Assembly (NCBI RefSeq): GCF_001447785.1
Contig: NW_015162482.1
Location: 287,930-351,929, forward strand
DNA: 64,000 nt
Origin: Gekko japonicus
Lineage: Eukaryota
Direction: 5' to 3'
Positions 48,971 through 61,428 of the stretch are shown here, piece after piece. The notes under the pieces were generated by a model, which was not told the origin of the DNA, did no database searches, and saw only the letters and a program-made list of their open reading frames with translations. Each line of letters begins with the position of its first letter. The stretch's first letter is position 1. Made by a program: the position numbers and the translations under genes.

Positions 48971-50775
48971 AGAATGTACAGTTGAATGCATCATAATATA
49001 AATTTGCACACAATTCATAACCATAAACTTGGCACCACTGAGTATAGTTCCCAGGCTTTGGTTTCATGGGAACACTGGGTTAAAAGGATGTATCTACCCC
49101 TGGAAAAATCTATGACTCCAAATGCTCACTTGAACTGGTGCTGGCTGGGAAGGGCTGGGAGGGGAAGCAGCGTATGGTCCGGAGTGTGTGAAGGCCCAGC
49201 GGAAGGAAGGGGTGTTGGATGGGAGGGTGTGGGGGGCACAAGTGTGAGGAATCGCAGTGGGGAGAAGGACTTCCCTCCTGGTCAATTCTACAGCTCATTG
49301 AGAAATTTCCTTCTCCAGCATTAATAGACTTGGACGGCTTTGAAATTTTACTGCCCATAAAATCGGCGACACGCTGGGGCTTTTTTCTGTGTTAAACGTT
49401 TGCTGCTCCTCCCCACAACCATCCCTCTCCCCTTAACAGCTTGCCCCCCTCCCAAAATAAAGCCAGCATGCACACACCACCCAGACTGAAATTGACAAGG
49501 GTAGTCCAATCTGATTTTAATTGGCCATCTGGAATAATTCTCCTTGCCCTAGGCTCATTGGATTGGCTGGTGCTGATCTGTTGGACCCCAAATCCCACCT
49601 CCTGGAATCTTTATCACTCTTCCTCATTCCCTTCTCCCTTGATGACAATTATGATTTTTGCCCCTGACACTCTTTCATGGAGCAATTGTGTGTGCGTGCA
49701 GTATTTTTATGGTTCCTGAACAGAAGGAAAGGAAGGTTTTATAGGCAGTGGGGCCATAAACCTTTCTGGTTCCCCTCTCCTCACTCCTTCTGTCCCATCC
49801 TCCCCCCCCTTTTAATCTAAAGCGTACGTTTCCCCCACCCATAGACAAGAAACTAGGGAAGGATAATTGGGTTCTAAACCATTTATTGGCTACCCATGAC
49901 CCCTGCTGACCTTTCGTTTGGGCACTGAAGGTGGGGAGGGGAAGTTAATGAAGTAGCTTGAAGGAAGATTGGGGGGTGGTGACAGTGTGAAACCCACCAA
50001 ACGTTACTCCCCCCACACTGGTACTACATTCTGACGGCTTGGTGAATTTAAATCTATACTGAATTCAAAGCTATGAGCAGAAGTTGCTACTTTCTGTGTA
50101 TAAGAATGAAGTCAAAATATGTTTTTTTGCTGGTATGTATGAGGGCAGGGTTCTGATGGGTATCAGGAAGGCTGGTGGTTGTGTTGGTAGAGCTAAAATA
50201 CCAAAGGGTAGGAGCTGGTACTGAAACGCATGGACAGATCAATTAATGTACATGCATTTTTAACAAGTTGTGGAATGGAGACATCTGTCGAAACTGGAAA
50301 ACTGTATTGTTCAGAGACTGTAGAATAACATTTCCACATTAATTTCAGGCCATTTAAAAAAGCCCAATGGCACTTCCTTGTTGATATGTATATATAGAGA
50401 TCAAATCCCACCAAGCAAATACTTCCAGGAGGTGGGGTCTGGGGGGGTGTCCGATGGATCAACTCCTGCCCATCCAATGAGTGTAAGGCAAGGGGAATAA
50501 TAAGGCTTGCATGCATACCTGTCCAAGTCTCTTGAAACAATCTGATCTTTAAAGCAGCAGTGCTTGATAATTAATTTTGCACCCCAAGGGGAAGTAACTA
50601 TCTTTAGTTTGTAACATGATTACCACCAGTTTTAATTTTATGGGTGATAACAGGAAAATCTTGAGGGAATTATTCCCTTGTCAAGAGTGAAACATGGTAA
50701 GACATCTTCCAGAGGGGCAACTGTGTTAGTCTCCTGTAAAAAAACCCTCAAATGTTTTAAAGACTAACCAATTAT

Positions 50776-51310
50776 GGTCCCGGTCATGGGCTGGAAAATG
50801 CGGGGGGGAAGCGTGGCTGTTTGCCCCAGAGCAAAGTAATGCGCGGCAGCCCAATCACACGTCCTGTCGACGTCCCATAGTTGGGCTGTTAGGTGCCGAT
50901 CACACGGCTATCTTGCAGTGCGGCAAAGAAGCAGCACGGTGCAATCACACAGGCAATCGTTAGGCACCGCTTCCGTGGCAAACGGGAATTTTTTTCTCAC
51001 CGAAAGTTGTGCATGCGCATGATCGTTTGTGTGCATCTTGTGGAGACTTAAAAAAAAAAATCCGGTTTGCGACAGGACATGGACGGGCGCCGGATGCCAC
51101 GGGATTCAAGTGGAAACACGATCAGACGCCTGCCCTTGCCCCATGTTTTCTGGAAACTAGTACCTCGTATGTGGTAGTTTTTTACTCCGCATCCTCAGCG
51201 AGACGCCACGGGTGCGCTACGCCTCCCAGATGTTCTGGTGTGATCACGCCCAGAAAATCCGCGGGACGATCGTGCCTTCAGCGCAGCAAATGCTAAGTGT
51301 GAACGGGGCC
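50776..51310. mobile_element. PIF/Harbinger-like MITE inserted in a Penelope-derived fragment
   Basis: TIRs GGTCCCGGTCA / GTGTGAACGGGGCC; homologous to 56621-57494; flanks (about 50713-50775 and 51311-51430) join into a Penelope-like terminus. Confidence 0.7.
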
Positions 51311-51696
51311 TTATTGTACCATAAGCTTTCTCAAAGGCAGAGTCCATTGCATCTACTAAAGTAGGCAGTGACTCACAAAAGCTGTTCCAAAAATAAATGT
51401 TAGTTTTTTAGGTGCCACAAGATTCTCTGTTGTTATAGTCAGGTTAGATGAAGCTCTAGTTATAGAAATGCTTTCCAACATACCAGCTCTGGTAACTGTT
51501 CATTAGTAAGTGGCAATGATCATTACCATGAGAATCACCAGTGTGGCTGTGTGATTCTGTCAGCTTTAGAGGAACTGATAGTTAATGATATCAGTAGAAT
51601 ACCAGCAGTATTACAGTACTCCAAAATAGTTGCACGGAAGATACTGAATAGAACTGTCCACATCATTCACTTCAGCTGGGGCCACTCTAGTGTGTA

Positions 51697-52634
51697 TCTC
51701 CCTTATAAATAAAAGCCGAATGGTGGTGGCACTTCTCTAGAACATTCCACACGCTACAAAATCAGTTCACTCTCCGATCTGTCATTCAGAGGGTCTCCCT
51801 ATCCACTGGCTGCTTTGCCTGAGTCCTGCCTCCAACATTCTAAACATTTTGCTGTTTCTCTTCCCCCCCCATAGCCAGTCAGAACACAAAGGTTATTTGC
51901 ATATGCAGCCTCATTGGACTTTGCCTCGGAACACAGAGGTCGTTTGCATATGCAACTTGATTGGCTTTTGCCTCTAACATTCTAAACAGTTTGTTGTCCT
52001 GAGGTAAAATGTGTCCAATCTCCAGGTGAGGGCTGGAGATCACTCAGAATTACAACTGCTTTCCAGATGGCAGAGATCAGTTCCCTTGGAGAAAATGGTG
52101 GGCTCTGTATCCTTATATGCTGCTTAGGTGGCCCCCATATGACAGCCAATGTGACGTAGCAGTCAGGGCTTCAGAGCACGGGAGAGGCTGCAGGTGTGTG
52201 GGGGGTAGAAAGTTGAAGAGTGAGGGGGAAATAAAGGTAGGTTGATGATTGGCTGGGAAGGAGATAGGGTTGCCAACTCCAGGTGGGAAATTCCTGGAGA
52301 TGTGAGGGATGGAGCCTGGAGAGGGTGAGGTTTCAGGAGGCGTGGGACCTCGGACAGGTACAAAGCCATAGACTCCACCCTCCAAATCAACGATTCCCTT
52401 CTGGGGAACCATCATTGCCAATCTCCAGGTGAGGGCTGGAGATCACTCAAAATTACAACTGTTCTTTAGGTATCAGAGATCAGTTCCTCTGGAGAAAATG
52501 GTGGACTCAGTGTCATTATACCCTGCTGAGGTCGCCACAGCAAATTGACACTGAGTGTCCAAGGCCGGGGCACCCGCCCAGAGCCTCTTTCTAGAGGCCG
52601 TTGTATTTATTTCCACAACGGGCCTTTTTCCTAG
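51697..52634 (+). mobile_element. Non-autonomous Helitron, copy 2 (GDF11 intron 1)
   Basis: A|TCTCCCTTATAAATAAAAG start, hairpin GGCCGTTGT...ACAACGGGCC, CTAG|T end; collinear with 25343-26155. Confidence 0.9.
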
Positions 52635-52974
52635 TACTTTATAAAGTCAATTGTGTGTGGGGTGTGGTGGTCATCCACTAAAGAGTGACTGTAAATATGT
52701 CAAGGAATTGTGTAGTTCTGGAAAGGACTATGTATGTAAGTGTGTCAGCTAGATGGCCTTGGGCTACCTGTGAACTGTTGCAACACAAATTAATCCTGAG
52801 ATGCATTAAAAGAACAATGGCTTGTCTTTGGGGAAGGAGAACGCACCCAGGCTGGAAAATTCAGGCCCCCAAAAATGTGATACTGGGGCTTAATCAACTA
52901 TGTATGGGGGCTGATGCTTAAAACCAGGGAATGCTGCTTTCTCAAAAATGGATGCAATGCCTATGAAAGCAGGA

Positions 52975-53485
52975 TTGCACTTACCTGTAACTGTTGTTCA
53001 TTGAGTGGCCTTCTGTGCAGGCACACATGGGGACTGCATGATTGCAGGCCAGCTGTGGAGAAGAGCTTCCAAGCTTTTCAAGAAGTTTCTAGGCTCTGGA
53101 GTGCTCCCCCTTCCCTCTGTCTAGAGATCCCTTTTCCCGCCCAAAGGGTCACATGACAGAGGCAGGGCGAGCACTCCCTGTACACCTCCCACAGCGGGGA
53201 AAGGAGGGAGGGATGTGTGCCTGCGCAGAAGACCACTTGATGAACAACAGTTACAGGTAAGTGCAACCCCATTTTCATCATTGTGGCTTCTGTGCAGTCC
53301 GACATGGGAGAATAGCAAGCTCACTTACCCAAGGAGGAAGGTGTGGGCTGATCAATGAAAAACTGCCTGTAACACAGCCTTTCCCACTGCAGCTTCATTT
53401 CTGGAGTCCACATCCATGGCGCAGCATTTGACGAACATAGAAGGAGTGGACCATGTTGCTGCCTTGCAGATGTCCTCCAGCCTGA
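52975..53485 (-). mobile_element. DIRS retrotransposon 3' remnant (tyrosine recombinase C-terminus and terminal inverted structure)
   Basis: Minus-strand 53480-53352 reads LEDICKAATWSTPSMFVKCCAMDVDSRNEAAVGKAVLQAVFH*; 54-bp inverted repeat 52975-53028 / 53213-53266 with 4 mismatches. Confidence 0.82.
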
Positions 53486-56400
53486 GTCTTTATTGTCCCC
53501 CACCCCATCCTAGAAATACATGTTCACTATGTAAGTGGGGCTGGGATATAACTGGAACCTTACAATTATATTTAGTATTCAAACATTTAAAACAATGTTT
53601 AGAAACAATGAGATGGAGAGAAAGTAATTAACAGGAGTGATTAGCAGTGTGACCTAAAACAAGAAAATTTAAGGAATTCTGCTTAGCTACTTAGGTAAAT
53701 TTAAGTAGAGAAGGAGGAAGAACAAGAACTAATGGTTAGATCCAAGCAAATATCAATTAAAAATAAAATCCAATTATATTTACTAAAAGGGGTAAATAAC
53801 CATTGTAACAAAATGTGCACAGATTTTCTGTCACTAAATTTCTGCTCCCAATTGAGGACTAGGTACCATGCATCACTTGACAGGGGGACCCTCATAAGTA
53901 GAAATAATTCCCTTGCTTCTCTTAAAGATTAAATCATAATTCATGATCTCATTTATTATTCAGAACTGGGCCACGGACTGGATGAGATTGAGAGAGATAT
54001 GAAGAGTTGATGGCTGAGATAATTATAGAATGTGCATCAGAATTAGCAGCAACAATAACTAAAACTGGCAGAATTCAGAATGGATACTGAAGGAGTGAAT
54101 AAACTGGAAGCTGTTTGTGAAAAAATAACCATTATCTTCTAGCATATAATGTTTCTGACTCATTGCTGCAATAGAAACAATCCCATGTAAAGTGCATTTT
54201 TTTTCCTGACTGGAGAGACTACCTTTAAGACCACAAAGCTGATATAATTTGTACCTAATATTTATACCAAAACTCCCAGCCAGACTTCTAAGAATGTTCT
54301 AATTGCCAATGAATGCTAATGGTAGTAAAAGGGTGAATTAAGCCCACAGAGACATTTTCATTAGCAGAAGAATAAGTAGCAAATTTGCTAACATATTCCA
54401 GTGTATGCTTCTTTTCATACAAGGCACAGACTTGTGGCATGCACCTTCGATTTCTCTGTCAAGTGCTCAGTATCTGAGTATTTATAATATCAGGTCCCAA
54501 GGCCTGGAAACTAAAGATGTCCTGAAGTAGAGGAGGAGGGCAGGGAGCCAAAGTTCCTATTATTGGTACTTGGTGGGAGCTGAGTAAGAAACCATTCACC
54601 AAGTGCTTTACTCGAGTATATGCTCTGTGGGCTCCATCTCATTAACAGGGCCAACTCAGAACTTCTCCATCGTAGCAATGATCCTTCCCCAGGAAACCCT
54701 ATGAACCATGCTCTATCACCCATAGAAATCTCTATCCTTGTTGACATGACCTATAGGGTGTGGCCACATTAATAAGGGTCGTGGGAAAGTTACAAGGGGT
54801 CAGGTTAAGAGTGCAAGAATGCCTGATAGGAAGCCCAGAACGTAGTCCCCATACCCTTGCTCTAGCTCAAATAATTAAGTATAAACTGCTTTAATGGTTT
54901 TGCAGTTCCAGCGTGTGAGGCTGAATTGAGGCTGGACATAACTACTTCTGCCTTGAGCCTTCCTGATTCCACAAAGTAGAGATTTGCACAGATACATCCC
55001 CTGGAACTTGGCTTTCAATGTTTGTTATTTGTACCACAATGAGGACATGAAGGGGAAAAAAATCCAAGGGACCAGATCATCTAGTTCTGAAAACAACTAC
55101 CCATGACTGGAAATGACAGTCTCTATGCTATGGTTTTCTCCTGCCCTTCCTTTACAGCATGTGGCAAATGGCTAGGGGTGGGTCACAGAACCATGGACAG
55201 CGACCTGGCAAGGTTGTTTTTTGGGGGTGGGTGGGTGCAGAAATAGTAACACCAAAGAGAACACCAAGCAAATGAACCACAGAGACAAAGACCAATTTGT
55301 GCTAGATCCAAGTGCTATTAAGCGGCACCCCACAAACAACCCCTCCTCACCACTACAATCCACAGGGACCTAACATAACAAATTAAAGAAACAGACACAA
55401 TATGTGAATATCCTAATAAACCAGTATTCATTTGCTTCCAGGGCTGTACTCTGTTTTCCCATTCCCAGTCTCATAACTGCCTTTTCCACCTTCATTTGGG
55501 CAGTGTCTGTGTAATACATTTCACACAGCTAGGCCTAAAACAATAGTCAGGAGGGGCGGGGGTGGGGGAGAGGTTTTCTGTCACTTTAAGAACTGGCAGA
55601 GACCGATGCAGGGGGGAGAGAAATTCCCAGGGGAGCACAGCATTAATTTGGGACTTGTGCACAGCAAATTGCCTTGGGCATTTGTTAGCAGAGGCCTTCG
55701 CTCCTGGTCGGCTGTGCAGGGAGAGGCGGCCGGTCTGTGTCGTGACCTTGGCGTGTTAGCAAGGCCTGCAGTTCATGGCACATGCAGCTGGGGGTGATTA
55801 AGCTGGGCGGGGTGCACCAGGCAGGGGCAAAGGGGCACTCCCAGCTCAATGTAACCCAGATGTCTGTGAACAGAGGAGGAGCTGATGGGGGGGGGTGGCC
55901 ATTGGGTGTTTCTGGCTGAAGCTTGGTGGGGAGGGAAGAGTGCCTCTCTCATTCCTTAGTCTATTTGTGTAGCAAGATATCTCCCTCCTGATCCCCAGAC
56001 TGTTTTGATGGAGGGCATCATCTGTCCTTCACTCTGGCTGTTCTTTCTGTGCCAAGGAATAGTGGGGTCTCTTATGTCTCTGGCATTTCTGCCAGGGCAT
56101 TTCTTTACCAGGTGACCCATCAATGCTTGAGGTGTTTATCTTGGTTTACCTGCTCCCAGAGTTCAAAGAGAGTCTCACTTCACTCCATTATGAGGGGAGC
56201 GGAGGGGAGTGACTGTCTGAGGGCTTGACCTCTGCTGAGGTGAGAAGATTTCTATCTCCGTTTGTATCCTAAGTATCCAGGGGTGGTCACTCGGAATCTC
56301 AGCTCTTCAGAGCTTGTCATCATGTTCAGCATGATGATAAATTTGTTTCTGCTGTCGGTTTATGTCCTAGTTATCCAGTAAAGCTTGAGGTGACTAGCTA

Positions 56401-56620
56401 GTCTTTAAAGAAGCATCTCTTCCTCACTAATCAAACATCATATCCTAGGTATCCCCCCCCCCAAAGTTCCTTCTTGCCAATATGAGCTGCCCAATCACAA
56501 ATTTCTCCATTTTTGGAGGCTATTTTCAGACTTGCCAAACTATTTCTCTTCAGCTCCTCTTCCAAAGCAGGTTGAGGATGCTCAGTAGCTACAAGCCATC
56601 AGCTATAAAAAGCAATCAAA

Positions 56621-57494
56621 GGGTCCGGTCACACTGGCCGGAATATGGGGGGGGGGAGCGTGGCTGTTTGCCCCGGGGCTAAATAACGCGCGGTTGCGCG
56701 ATCCAACGTCCCGTGGAGGTCCCAAGGTTAGGGGGGAGGTGCCGATCACACCACAGGTAAAGAAGCGTGGCGGCATGGCAAACGGGGTTGTGTTTATTTT
56801 GTTTAAACTGAAGTGTGCGCATGCTCCGTTGGGTGCTTGTGCGCATCCTGTGGAGACTTAAAAAACCCCTTTGTGCACTCTTCAGAGTCTGTTTCAGGTG
56901 GGTCTTCCGAGGGTCAAATGACACAGCCCCTGTCCCCCTATAGCTGCCCTTCCCCACTCCCTCAGCCGTTCCTTCAGCCCCGTCCCCCAAACCACCCCTC
57001 AACCCCCCACTCCTCCTCCTTCCTTGAACTGCTCCGTCCTTCTGCCCTTCTCCCCTGACCCAAATCTCACTCTCAGCCCCCCCCTCTTTCCTGTGTTGCG
57101 TTTCATCTGGCTGCTCTCCTCTTCTCTGCACGACTCAAGTCTTAGCGAGCTGCTCAGTTGTGTGTTTTTGTTTTTTAAACTACAGTTTGCGCATGCTCCG
57201 TTGGGTGCTTGTGCGCATCTGTGGAGACATGGGGAAAAAAAACCTTTTTGCTAGGGGACATGGGCAGGCGCTGGAACTACCACTGGAAACGTGATCAGAT
57301 GCCCGCCCTTGCCCCGCGGTTTCCGGAAACTAGTACCTCCGAGGTACTAGTTTTTTACCGCTCGTTTTCTACGGGAAGCCTCGGGTGAGCCACGGGAGCT
57401 CTACATTTCCCAGATGTGGCGGTGAGATCGCGCCCAGAAAATCCGGCTATCTTCCATCCCTGTAGCATGGCTAATGCTCCGTGTGACCGCAGCC
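56621..57494. mobile_element. PIF/Harbinger-like MITE with internal duplication
   Basis: TIRs GGGTCCGGTCACAC / GTGTGACCGCAGCC; 3-bp AAA on both sides; GCGCATGCTCCGTTGGGTGCTTGTGCGCATC is present twice. A right-end fragment also lies at about 36800-36910. Confidence 0.75.
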
Positions 57495-57667
57495 AAAGAT
57501 AATTTGAAGTAACTACCTTTCTAGTAACCTGTCTCCACTGAGGAAGTATCTTTAGCTATTAGCTAAATGTAAGGATAGAAGAAAGATGATCTCCACTTTG
57601 CATATCATAGGAAGATTTTTTTTGGGGGGGGGGGATTGTTCTCACATACACATCTGTGCAAACAATA

Positions 57668-57876
57668 TAGGGTTGCCAACCTATAGGTGAGTCCTGCAGA
57701 TCTCCTGGAACTTCAACTGATTTTCAGACTACAGAGATCAGTTCCCCTGGAGGAAATGGTTGCTTTGGAGCATGGACTCTATAGTGTTATACTCTGCTGA
57801 AGTCCTTCTGCTCCCATAAACTCTCTCCCCAGGCTCCTCTCCTATATCTCCAGGAATTTCCCAAGTTGGCAACCCC
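57668..57876. mobile_element. MITE with TAGGGTTGCCAAC termini (hAT-like)
   Basis: TIRs TAGGGTTGCCAAC / GTTGGCAACCCC; related pieces at about 5330-5478 and inside both Helitrons. Confidence 0.7.
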
Positions 57877-58424
57877 AAAACATTAAGTTCTGCATTAGCG
57901 GCCCTGTTTTGCGTGCTTCTATTGACCGTGGCTGAATTGAGGTGAGGGGTTACGAGGGACAGTCATGGAGCTTTGTCTGAATGGCACGGTGTCTGTGGAA
58001 CTCCCTTCGTGCCACTTTTTGCCTGACACCTTCTTTCTTTAGGCACTAGGGGAAATTGTTTTTATTTTCCTGAACATTTTGGGATTAGACTTTTGTTTTC
58101 TAGCTGGCCATTTGTATGATTAAATTGCTGTACTGTTTCCTATTGTTGGGTTCTTAACTGTATCTACATATTTTAAAATATTTTAAAGAACTTTATACTG
58201 CCTCTGCTGCTTAATTAAATTTCAATTCTTTTACCATTGCTTTTTGTATTGTTCTGTTTTAATCCTTTTTAAAAAGAATTGTAGCTGTTCTCATTTATTG
58301 CCTTTAGCTGAGAGGCAGTATAGGAATAATTTTTAGAATTAGGTAAATACTGAAATGCATATACATACAGAGGGGGGGGCATGCTGCTTGCTACTTGGGC
58401 TGTTCTTTCTGAATCTATAGGTGT

Positions 58425-58632
58425 ATTGAACACACATGAAATGCTTTATCTGGAATCAGACCCTTGGTCTATCCAACTCAGTATTGTCTACTCAGACTGG
58501 CAGCAGCTCTCCAGGGTTTCAGGCAGTCTTGCACATCACCTACTGCCTCATCCTTTTAGCTGGAGATGCTGGGGGTTGAACCTGGGACTTTCTGCATGCA
58601 AAGTAGAGGCTCTACCACTGAGCCACAGCCCC
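58425..58632 (-). mobile_element. tRNA-derived SINE (Squam2-like)
   Basis: Reverse complement of 29102-29308. Confidence 0.8.
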
Positions 58633-58644
58633 TATTGTAGGAGC

Positions 58645-58840
58645 TGGGGTGTGGAATGCTGTAGTATAGCCCAGTTTCATCAGATCTGAGAAGCTAAGCA
58701 GGGTCATTACTTGGAGACCACCAAGTAAGACTTTGCAGAGGAAGGCAATAGCAAACCACCTCTGCTTACTCACTTGCCTTGAAAACACTATGAGGTTGCC
58801 ATAGTCGACTGTAACTTGATGGCACTTTACATACACACAT
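58645..58840 (+). mobile_element. 5S rRNA-derived SINE
   Basis: CAGATCTGAGAAGCTAAGCAGGGTC 5S-like head, GAAGGCAATAGCAAACCAC body, ACATACACAC tail. Confidence 0.7.
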
Positions 58841-61214
58841 TGTAGGAGCTCAACTAGCTAGGTGGTCTAAGTCATTGTATTCCAACAGTTCGTTTGTATT
58901 CATATAAGAGGAATGGATGTATCCCTCTCATCCTGGTCTGTAGTTCCCCATGTTGACAACCCGTCTTCTGTATTATTAAAGATTATTAAAGACAACCCTA
59001 TAAGGTAGGTTAGGCTGACAGAAAAAGAGACAGCTCACCCAGTGAGTGTCCGTACCAGAGTGGGGATTTAAACCTGGGTTTCCCAGATCATAGTCTGATA
59101 CACTAACCACACTAACTCTTTATAGCAGGCAGAGGAGGAGGTATGCAAGAGGATTTGTTGAAGTAGCAGGAATCAAAGCAGAGTGTGTTCTGGCAAGTCT
59201 GTCTTTGACTACTACCATGGATACTTTACATAGCATTTAGATACTGTTCCTCTCAAATGCTCACCTTTCTCTCTGGCTGCGGTCAGACAACAGGCTTAGT
59301 GTGGTCTGGCCGTGCTTCTAATTTCATCCAGGATTTTTTTTTATAACAGAGAGTTTTGATCAGACATCCCACCCTAATCCACTTCTCCGCGCGCTCACCC
59401 TGTGGTTGATTGATCCGATTATTGCTGCGTGGCAACCACAGAGTGGGTGGTCGGACAGCTTTTTTTAAACCTCTCTTTTGTGCATGCACATTGCATATTT
59501 GTCTTGTTGGGGAAGCTTAGCCAGTATAGAGAGGGGTTTTTCCCTTGAATTTCTCGCTCAAACCCCCCCCCCCCAGGGCTCCTGATTCAAACAAGGTGTT
59601 TCAGCGTGTAAACACACATGTGGCGTTTCACAACTGTTAATATACAGTTATGTGCATATCGCAACTGACTTTTAAAAAGGACACAAAATGGAATGGAACG
59701 TTCAGACTTCCCACATGGCTTGAGAGCGCGATAGATTGATCAGACATCTGGAAATGTGGGGTGAAACTGTTGACATCCATAAAGACCGGACTTTCCCTGG
59801 TGTCAAATAACTCTGACTTAAAGATGGGTGAGAATGGGGTGCCGACAACTGGGGAGCAGAGGACAGCTGTTGCTGTTTGGACCTGCATTTTAAATCTGCA
59901 GGGCAACAGCAATGATATTGGATCAAACAGCTCATCTGATCGCAGCCTCTGAGAGCTACATGGCAGTAATGGAACCCAAATCTGCTTTATACTAAAACTA
60001 CATGAAATTATGGGCAAGAAAGCAGTGGAAAGGGTAATAGGTGCAAGAATAATCACAATACCTCAGTGCAAGGAGAAAAGAATACGGGTATAGAGATGGA
60101 TTAGACAGCTAGGTGTGATCACAGAAGCTAGTCCAGGCACTCTAAAGAGAAGACAGGTTACTTTGGATTACTCCTAAATGAGGCACAGGCCAAGATATGA
60201 GGTATTTATGTAATTTTTGTCATTGATACTACATGGTATCAGTGACTAAAGTTACATACATTACTGCATTCTTAAAATACGGATGTACCCAACAGCCTCC
60301 TATGGTAGTGTTTCTTTCTGATGAAGGAAAAGCTCATGCCAAATAATGAGAATGCTAGGTGGAAAAACAGTTCAAAAATACTATAAGATTCAATTCACTT
60401 TCTGGTCCTGAAGGCACTGAGATGATATCATAAAAGCATTATCCAAATCATAAAGGGTAAAGAATTGCCTAAGGCAGTCAAAAAGCAAGGCATAAATTCT
60501 GAATTTGTGTGCAGTGAGTGGCAGAGAACTTCAGGGATACCAAGTATGTAGATAGAGACAGCAGAGAGTACTGTGAATCTGGATGGATTTATTTAGTTGA
60601 ATAATATAGGCTAGATTGTTTTATGACCTGGCTCTTTGGACACACCAGGTTGGACCCCACCAATCATTTCTGTGCACACAGAAGAGGGGGCAGATCTCGC
60701 TGATTTTTCCTTTCTGTGGCACACTTCCAGTTCCCCACTTATGCTGCTCCTGAGCATCCCTGTCCCCCAGGAGTAGCATTTCTGGGGTCATCTGGGGCTG
60801 CAGAAAGATGAGGGAAGTAGAGATGTCAAGTTCTGCTGAGAGAAATCATTCCATCCTCTAGGATTTTCAGCGGCATTTTCAGCGGCATCTAAGGCAGCAT
60901 CTTCTCAACCATTCCCAACTTTGAGGCTAATTCTCACCGGAGGCGCATGAGAGCCAACATTTTGTTTTCTATCAGCTACCAGTCAAATCCCACATGGAAG
61001 TTCAATAGCAAGCTATAGAGTGGCAACATCCATCCTGATCCTAGCAACTGACACTCAGAGATATACAGTACAGTCCTATGCAGAGTTACTCAAACCAAAT
61101 TCCTCACTGAAATCCATAGGTTTAGACTACAGTAACTCTGCACAGAATCACACTGATACTGTACCATATTGAACATGACAACTTACTTCTGGCTAGCATG
61201 GCTTTTTATTTATT

Positions 61215-61428
61215 TTTTTGCCATCAAGCCACATCTGAGTTATGGAGACCCCTGATGGTATTTTCATGGCAAGAGATGCTCAGAGGTGGTTTGCCATTGC
61301 CTGCCTCCACTTCACAACCCTGGTATTCCTTGGAGATCTCCCCATCCAAATACTAGCTAGGGCCAACCTTGCTTAGCTTCCGAGATCTGGTGAGATCAGG
61401 CTAGCCTGTGCTTTCCAAGTCAGGGCAC
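61215..61428 (-). mobile_element. 5S rRNA-derived SINE
   Basis: TCTCCCATCCAAATACTAG...GCTTAGCTTCCGAGATC is the reverse complement of the 5S internal control region. Confidence 0.78.
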
